A stretch of 64,000 nucleotides of DNA from Bdellovibrionales bacterium (GTDB taxonomy: Bacteria; Bdellovibrionota; Bdellovibrionia; Bdellovibrionales; UBA1609). Made by a program: the position numbers and the translations under genes. Location of the stretch: assembly GCA_023301025.1 (NCBI GenBank), contig JALZUR010000024.1, forward strand, positions 6,806 through 70,805. The letters are read 5' to 3'. The notes beneath the pieces are model-generated. The model made no database searches. It saw only the letters and a program-made list of their open reading frames with translations, and was not told where the DNA came from. Positions 59,200 to 64,000 of this stretch are shown here, piece by piece (positions within the stretch are counted from its first letter, which is position 1; each line of letters starts with the position of its first letter).

Positions 59200-59712
59200 G
59201 TGAAAAGTATTAATGTAAAATTTATTTTTGTAGCAATTGGTCTTGTTTTTATAAGTGTTCTTATTTGGATTTATCTAAGTAATGATGATAGTAGAGTTCC
59301 GGCCTCTCTTCTAGATCAAAAAGAGCTCCCCGAGCTGTCTTTTATAGATGATGGTGAAAGAATTTTTTTTGAGTTTCCAGAAGACTATAATATTTGTGAT
59401 GAAGGTAAAAACCTTCTAATAGTTCTAGAAGCAAGAAATGTAGCTGTACTTTCTGAAACAGAGCCGCACATTCAGATACAAGTTACGAATAGTTGTGAGA
59501 CTCAATTCAGAAGCCCTGTGTTTACTAGGTACTTTTGTGATGAAGGTCTGGACTATGAAGAGGATGAAGGAACACTTTATAAAATGATTAACGGTCTAGG
59601 GTTTTTTCCAAAAGAATGGTCTTTTAAAGGTATGTTTGTTGGAGATGTTGAAGTTTCTATGAACAATCAGCCTTTTATAGAAGACTATATTTTTAGCTGC
59701 GAAGAGTTTTAA
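59200..59712 (+). CDS. Hypothetical membrane-anchored protein
   Basis: N-terminal TM helix. Four Cys, two of them in repeated CDEG motifs. GTG start. Confidence 0.5.
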   Translation: MKSINVKFIFVAIGLVFISVLIWIYLSNDDSRVPASLLDQKELPELSFIDDGERIFFEFPEDYNICDEGKNLLIVLEARNVAVLSETEPHIQIQVTNSCETQFRSPVFTRYFCDEGLDYEEDEGTLYKMINGLGFFPKEWSFKGMFVGDVEVSMNNQPFIEDYIFSCEEF

Positions 59713-59741
59713 AAAAACCATACATTTCGTGTATGGCTTTT
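59711..59741. terminator. Bidirectional intrinsic terminator between convergent genes
   Basis: AAAAAAA-CCATACA-TTTCG-TGTATGG-CTTTT. Confidence 0.75.
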
Positions 59742-59767
59742 AGTTCTAAAAACATAAAAAATACTTT

Positions 59768-61237
59768 CTATGCGTTTTTAACGTACTCATAAAATGAGCG
59801 TACTAAAACGCCTGTAGCTCCGTTTGAAGCGTGATAGCTTTTCCGTTTTGAAGCGTTCCAAGCTGTTCCTGCAATGTCTAAGTGAGCATATGGTACATCT
59901 TTTAAAACAAACTGCTCTAAAAATGCAGCAGCTGTTGCAGAGCCTGCGCCTCTAAATGAAGCTAAGTTTGAAAGATCAGCATAGGATCCTTGCATGTCAC
60001 TAACGTGATCATCAGTTAAAGGCATGCGCCATAAGTTTTCACCAGAAATTATAGAGGTCTCATTAATCTTTTCTGCAAGCTTATCATCTCTTGTAAAAAA
60101 TCCTGTATGACTATTACCCAGAGCTACAACCATTGCACCTGTGAGTGTTGCTGTTGAAAGTATTTCTTTTGCTCCAAGTTCGCTAGCGTAAACAAGCGCA
60201 TCTGCCAAGATCAAGCGACCTTCTGCATCTGTGTTTAAAACTTCTATAGTTTTTCCATTTCGTGCCGTAAGAACATCGCCTGGCTTAACTGCAGAAGCTC
60301 CCAGTAGGTTTTCTGTTGAAGGGATTAAGGCAATAACATGAGCTTTTAGTTTCATGTCACAAATAAGTTTCATTGCACCAATGACAGATGCGCCACCACA
60401 CATATCATAGCGCATCTCATCCATTTTAGCAGATGGTTTAATTGAAATACCGCCAGCATCAAACGTAAGCCCTTTACCTACAAGAACCGTAGGAGTAGAT
60501 TTTGCTTTTAAACCCTTAGGTTTATACTCCATAATAATAAATTTTGGCTCTTCAGCACTTCCAAGTGAAACTCCTAAAAGTCCACCCATTTTTTCTTTTT
60601 TAATTTTTGTTTTGTTCCATACCGTTACTTTAAGTGCCGGAGACTTAATAGACTCAGCATTTTTGGCAAGGATAGAAGGTGTCATCATATTTCCAGGAAG
60701 ATCACCAAGGCGTCTGGCAAAATGAACAGCTTGGCTTACATGTTCTGATTCTTTCAGTTGTGACTTAAGCTCTGTCACTTTAGCAGGTTTTAAACCTGAA
60801 GTGTGTACTTCAATATCTAAAGTTTCTTTTTTTGTAGCAGAACTTTTAACTTCTTGTAGTTTGTAGTCTGAAAGTAAAAAACCTTCGACAAAACCTTGAA
60901 GAGCATCAATGTCCGATGTGCCATTGAAAATTTGAAAGTCTTTAATATTTAATAAAAGTGTCTTTGATTTTAATCTTTTATATTCTTTATAAAAACGACC
61001 ACCTATAACTCTGAGATCTTCTTTAGAAAAGTTCTTGTTATCTTTAAGTTTCATCAAAGTGGTGCTTGTTCCGTCAGCTGCGGCTGAATAGATACTAAAA
61101 AGTTCATTATTTTTTAGTTTTGGGATATTTTTAGAATCCATTTTTGATGAATTTTTAGCTGTATTTTTTAAATCAAAAACAAATGTATGTTTGTCTTTTC
61201 CACCTTTAAAAGCTGTCGATTTGTATGTGATAGACAT
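59768..61237 (-). CDS. pepA: Leucyl aminopeptidase (M17)
   Basis: VGKGLTFDAGGISIKP and NTDAEGRLILADAL signatures. Confidence 0.95.
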   Translation of the reverse strand: MSITYKSTAFKGGKDKHTFVFDLKNTAKNSSKMDSKNIPKLKNNELFSIYSAAADGTSTTLMKLKDNKNFSKEDLRVIGGRFYKEYKRLKSKTLLLNIKDFQIFNGTSDIDALQGFVEGFLLSDYKLQEVKSSATKKETLDIEVHTSGLKPAKVTELKSQLKESEHVSQAVHFARRLGDLPGNMMTPSILAKNAESIKSPALKVTVWNKTKIKKEKMGGLLGVSLGSAEEPKFIIMEYKPKGLKAKSTPTVLVGKGLTFDAGGISIKPSAKMDEMRYDMCGGASVIGAMKLICDMKLKAHVIALIPSTENLLGASAVKPGDVLTARNGKTIEVLNTDAEGRLILADALVYASELGAKEILSTATLTGAMVVALGNSHTGFFTRDDKLAEKINETSIISGENLWRMPLTDDHVSDMQGSYADLSNLASFRGAGSATAAAFLEQFVLKDVPYAHLDIAGTAWNASKRKSYHASNGATGVLVRSFYEYVKNA

Positions 61238-61304
61238 AGTTCTCCCGTATAATCGTTAATTGTTTAGTAGTTTGAATCAATATGAAACACTTAAGCCTTA
61301 TAAC

Positions 61305-61332
61305 CTTGCTTTTTATTAAACGCACTCCATAT
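61305..61332 (+). promoter_or_regulatory. Candidate sigma-32 (heat shock) type promoter upstream of clpP
   Basis: CTTGCT -14 nt- CTCCATAT versus consensus CTTGAA -13 to 15 nt- CCCCATNT. About 95 nt upstream of the clpP ATG. Confidence 0.35.
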
Positions 61333-61426
61333 TGGAGATAAGTAAAAGCTGACCGAAGTCTAGTCAATTTGTTTTGTAAGTGTGTCGATAAAGTTAGTGA
61401 ATAAACGTCAATGTTAAGGTGGTATA

Positions 61427-62029
61427 ATGGCATTAGTCCCAGTAGTAATAGAGCAAACTCCCCGTGGTGAACGTAGTTATGATATTTACTCTCGTTTACT
61501 TAAAGATAGAATCATAATGTTAACAACTCAGGTTACAGATGATCTTGCTTCAAGTATAATCTCTCAACTGTTTTTTCTAGAAATGGAAAGCCCTGAGAAA
61601 GATATACACATTTATATAAACTCCCCAGGTGGTAGTGTTACCGCGGGTTTAGCAATTTATGATATTATGCAGTTTGTTAAGTGTGATGTAAGAACCTACT
61701 GCATGGGGCAGGCCGCAAGTATGGGATCTCTTCTTTTATCTGCTGGAACAGAGGGTAAAAGATACGCACTTCCTCACTCAAGAGTGATGGTACACCAGCC
61801 GTTGATTGGTGGCGGTGGTATCTCGGGACAAGCAACGGATATCGAAATACATGCAAAAGAAATGTTATATCTTAAAAAAACACTTACAGAAATTTATCAG
61901 AGGCATACTAAAAAAGAATTTGATTTTCTTACACAAAGTATGGAGAGAGACAATTTTATGAGTGCCGAAGAGGCGAAGAAATTTGGTATTGTAGATAACG
62001 TTGTAGAGTTTAGAAAAAAATTAGCCTAG
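61427..62029 (+). CDS. clpP: ATP-dependent Clp protease proteolytic subunit
   Basis: [16 protein letters not shown], catalytic Ser in GQAASMGS, His in MVHQP. Confidence 0.98.
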   Translation: MALVPVVIEQTPRGERSYDIYSRLLKDRIIMLTTQVTDDLASSIISQLFFLEMESPEKDIHIYINSPGGSVTAGLAIYDIMQFVKCDVRTYCMGQAASMGSLLLSAGTEGKRYALPHSRVMVHQPLIGGGGISGQATDIEIHAKEMLYLKKTLTEIYQRHTKKEFDFLTQSMERDNFMSAEEAKKFGIVDNVVEFRKKLA

Positions 62030-62044
62030 TTTTTAGAAATTTAT

Positions 62045-62068
62045 TTAAGCAGTTTAGTCTCTGCTTAA
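62045..62068 (+). terminator. Hairpin between clpP and clpX (attenuator or partial terminator)
   Basis: TTAAGCAG-TTTAGTCT-CTGCTTAA, 8-bp perfect stem followed by a T-rich tract. Confidence 0.45.
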
Positions 62069-62118
62069 TTTAGTTTTAATTTAAAAATTTAGTTTGATGT
62101 TTAAGTTTAAGGAAAAAA

Positions 62119-63426
62119 ATGAGTAAAGAAAAAAATCAATTGCATTGTAGCTTTTGTGGGAAAGGTCAAAAAGAGGTTAAAAAGCTTATTGCTGGCCCTG
62201 GGGTTTATATATGCGATGAGTGCATAGATCTTTGTAATGATATTATTACAGAAGAGCAGGCTAAAACTTTTAAAGGGGCACACGAGTTTAAGGTTCCAAA
62301 GCCAATAGAGATAATGGAAAAATTAAATGACTATGTTATTGGGCAAGTGCCAGCCAAAAAATGTTTGGCCGTTGCTGTACACAATCATTATAAAAGAATT
62401 AATTCTGTGTCTAACAGTTCAAACGATGTTGAGATTGCAAAAAGTAATGTTTTACTTATTGGTCCAACAGGTTCTGGAAAAACACTTCTTGCGCAAACTA
62501 TTGCCAAAGTTTTAAACGTACCTTTTGCTATGGCAGATGCTACAACTTTAACTGAGGCTGGCTATGTCGGTGAAGATGTTGAAACAGTAATTTTAAATCT
62601 ACTACAAAATGCTAATTACGACGTCGAAAAAGCACAAAGAGGTGTTATTTACATTGATGAAATAGATAAGGTCACAAGAAAGTCTGAAAATCCATCAATC
62701 ACTAGAGATGTTAGTGGTGAGGGTGTTCAACAGGCTTTACTTAAAATTTTAGAAGGCACAGTTGCAAGCCTTCCACCAAAAGGCGGAAGAAAGCATCCAC
62801 AACAAGAGTTTATCAGTGTTGATACGACTAATATTTTATTTATATGTGGTGGTGCTTTTGTAGGTCTAGATAAAATTGTATCTGATAGAAGATCTAGTAA
62901 GTCTTTAGGAATTGCAGCAGAGATTAAAACTAAAGAGGAGATGGAAAAAGAAAAAGATTCAGCTCTATCAAATCTTGAACCTCATGATTTAGCAAAATAC
63001 GGACTTATTCCAGAATTTGTGGGTCGTCTGCCCGTTATCGCTGCTTTAGAGTCTTTAAGTAAAGAGGCAATGATTAATATTTTAACAGAGCCAAAGAATG
63101 CATTGATTAAGCAGTATAAGAAACTCTTTGAGCACGAAGAAGTAGATCTTTCTTTTACGGATAAGGCGCTTAATGCAGTAGCAGATGAGGCTATTAAAAG
63201 AGGCAATGGTGCGCGTGGTCTAAGAGGTGTTTTAGAATCCTCTCTACTAGACATTATGTATGAAATTCCTAGCAAGGATAACATTAAAGCTGTTATAATA
63301 GAAGAAGGAGTTATCACAAAGGGAGAACCTCCAAAGCTTGAGTACAAAGAGCCTTCAAAAATGAAGTCTAAAAAAGATACAGAAAGCTTAAAAAGTGAAA
63401 AAGATAAAAAGGCTGAATCAGCTTAA
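62119..63426 (+). CDS. clpX: ATP-dependent Clp protease ATP-binding subunit ClpX
   Basis: C4 zinc finger CSFCGK...CDEC, Walker [16 protein letters not shown]-loop region, Walker B IYIDEIDK. Confidence 0.98.
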   Translation: MSKEKNQLHCSFCGKGQKEVKKLIAGPGVYICDECIDLCNDIITEEQAKTFKGAHEFKVPKPIEIMEKLNDYVIGQVPAKKCLAVAVHNHYKRINSVSNSSNDVEIAKSNVLLIGPTGSGKTLLAQTIAKVLNVPFAMADATTLTEAGYVGEDVETVILNLLQNANYDVEKAQRGVIYIDEIDKVTRKSENPSITRDVSGEGVQQALLKILEGTVASLPPKGGRKHPQQEFISVDTTNILFICGGAFVGLDKIVSDRRSSKSLGIAAEIKTKEEMEKEKDSALSNLEPHDLAKYGLIPEFVGRLPVIAALESLSKEAMINILTEPKNALIKQYKKLFEHEEVDLSFTDKALNAVADEAIKRGNGARGLRGVLESSLLDIMYEIPSKDNIKAVIIEEGVITKGEPPKLEYKEPSKMKSKKDTESLKSEKDKKAESA

Positions 63427-63444
63427 GATTTTTACTTATTAGTC

Positions 63445-63491
63445 GTTCTCCTTAATCGTTGTAACTCTTAAACGATTTTCACAAGGAGAGC
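63445..63491 (+). promoter_or_regulatory. Extended hairpin that sequesters the lon Shine-Dalgarno sequence (also a possible clpX terminator)
   Basis: Outer helix GTTCTCCTT / AAGGAGAGC (9 bp including one G-U). Inner helix AATCGTT / AACGATT. 10-nt loop and 5-nt bulge. The SD AAGGAG at 63483-63488 is fully paired; lon ATG at 63494. Confidence 0.5.
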
Positions 63492-63493
63492 GA

Positions 63494-64000
63494 ATGTCGC
63501 AAGATAAAAAATCATCAAAAGAGCAACTCAGTCTACCCCTCTTACCGTTAAGAGATTTAATTATTTTTCCTCACATGATGATGCCGCTTTTTGTAGGAAG
63601 AGATAGAAGCATCAGAGCTTTAGAAGAAGCTATGAACAATCAAACAGATATAGTTTTGGTTGCGCAAAAAGATGCAAAAACAAATACACCTGAACCTAAA
63701 GATATTTACGAGATTGGAACAATTGGTTCTATTATTCAGCTTCTTAGACTTCCAGATGGAACAGTTAAAGTTTTAGTTGAAGGTAAAGAGCGTGCAAGAA
63801 TTGATGAGTTTGTTGAGCAAGAAAAATTCTACACTGTTAAAGTTACACCTTTAGAAGAAACACCAATCAATGAACTTGAAACTCAAGCTTTGGTTAGATC
63901 TATAAAAACAACTTTTGAAAACTATGTTAAGTTAAATAAGCGCATTCCACCTGAAATTTTAATGAGAGTGTCTTCTATTGAAAATGCTGGAGAGCTTGCT
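63494..64000 (+). CDS. lon: Lon protease, N-terminal part (runs off the window end)
   Basis: Not in ORF track. [39 protein letters not shown] is a typical Lon N-terminal substrate-binding domain start. Follows clpX. Confidence 0.9.
   Translation, partial: MSQDKKSSKEQLSLPLLPLRDLIIFPHMMMPLFVGRDRSIRALEEAMNNQTDIVLVAQKDAKTNTPEPKDIYEIGTIGSIIQLLRLPDGTVKVLVEGKERARIDEFVEQEKFYTVKVTPLEETPINELETQALVRSIKTTFENYVKLNKRIPPEILMRVSSIENAGELA

Noticed and set aside
61206-61433. 75-aa minus-strand ORF across the pepA-clpP spacer.
   Set aside because: It overlaps the pepA start and the clpP promoter/RBS and has no coding features.
62982-63347. Long antisense ORFs inside conserved genes: 121 aa in clpX, 112 aa at 21954-22292 in etfA, 103 aa at 36312-36623 in dnaB, 107 aa at 26503-26826 in pyrC.
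   Set aside because: All sit opposite highly conserved coding sequence, lack RBS or signal features, and have Ser/Leu/Pro/Arg-biased shadow-ORF composition.

Overview
AT-rich (about one-third G+C by eye) Gram-negative chromosomal segment around the replication origin. jag-yidC-yidD-rnpA-rpmH on the minus strand diverges from dnaA-dnaN-recF-gyrB-gyrA on the plus strand. Next come a split ATP synthase module (atpI-like, atpB, atpE only) and a minus-strand block: S8 protease, phosphomannomutase, pdxA, surA plus two more parvulin-type genes, a DUF374 gene and etfBA. After that: lemA plus an M48 peptidase, pyrC, type-B sdhCAB, rpsF-rplI, dnaB/fis-like/queE, ftsK, an OmpA-like protein, dapAB and tal. 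About 9 kb of lineage-specific secreted or lipoprotein genes follows (an HEXXH metalloprotease, an S41 protease, and an AT-rich three-gene cluster with a beta-hairpin repeat protein). The window ends with tig, a four-gene operon (two ArsA/Get3-like ATPases, a CysZ/EI24-like membrane protein, gshA-like), pepA and clpP-clpX-lon (lon truncated). I saw no rRNA, tRNA, CRISPR array, transposase or integrase. Gene content (SurA, LptM-like, OmpA-like, many secreted proteases, low GC) fits a Bdellovibrio-like or Halobacteriovorax-like organism, but that is only a guess. No canonical defence or mobile system is visible. The best candidates for something undescribed are the AT-rich secreted repeat-protein cluster (51.1-53.9 kb) and the ArsA-pair/CysZ-like/GshA operon (55.4-59.1 kb), both at moderate confidence. 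Several RNA-level or regulatory structures not explained by the ORF track are also reported.
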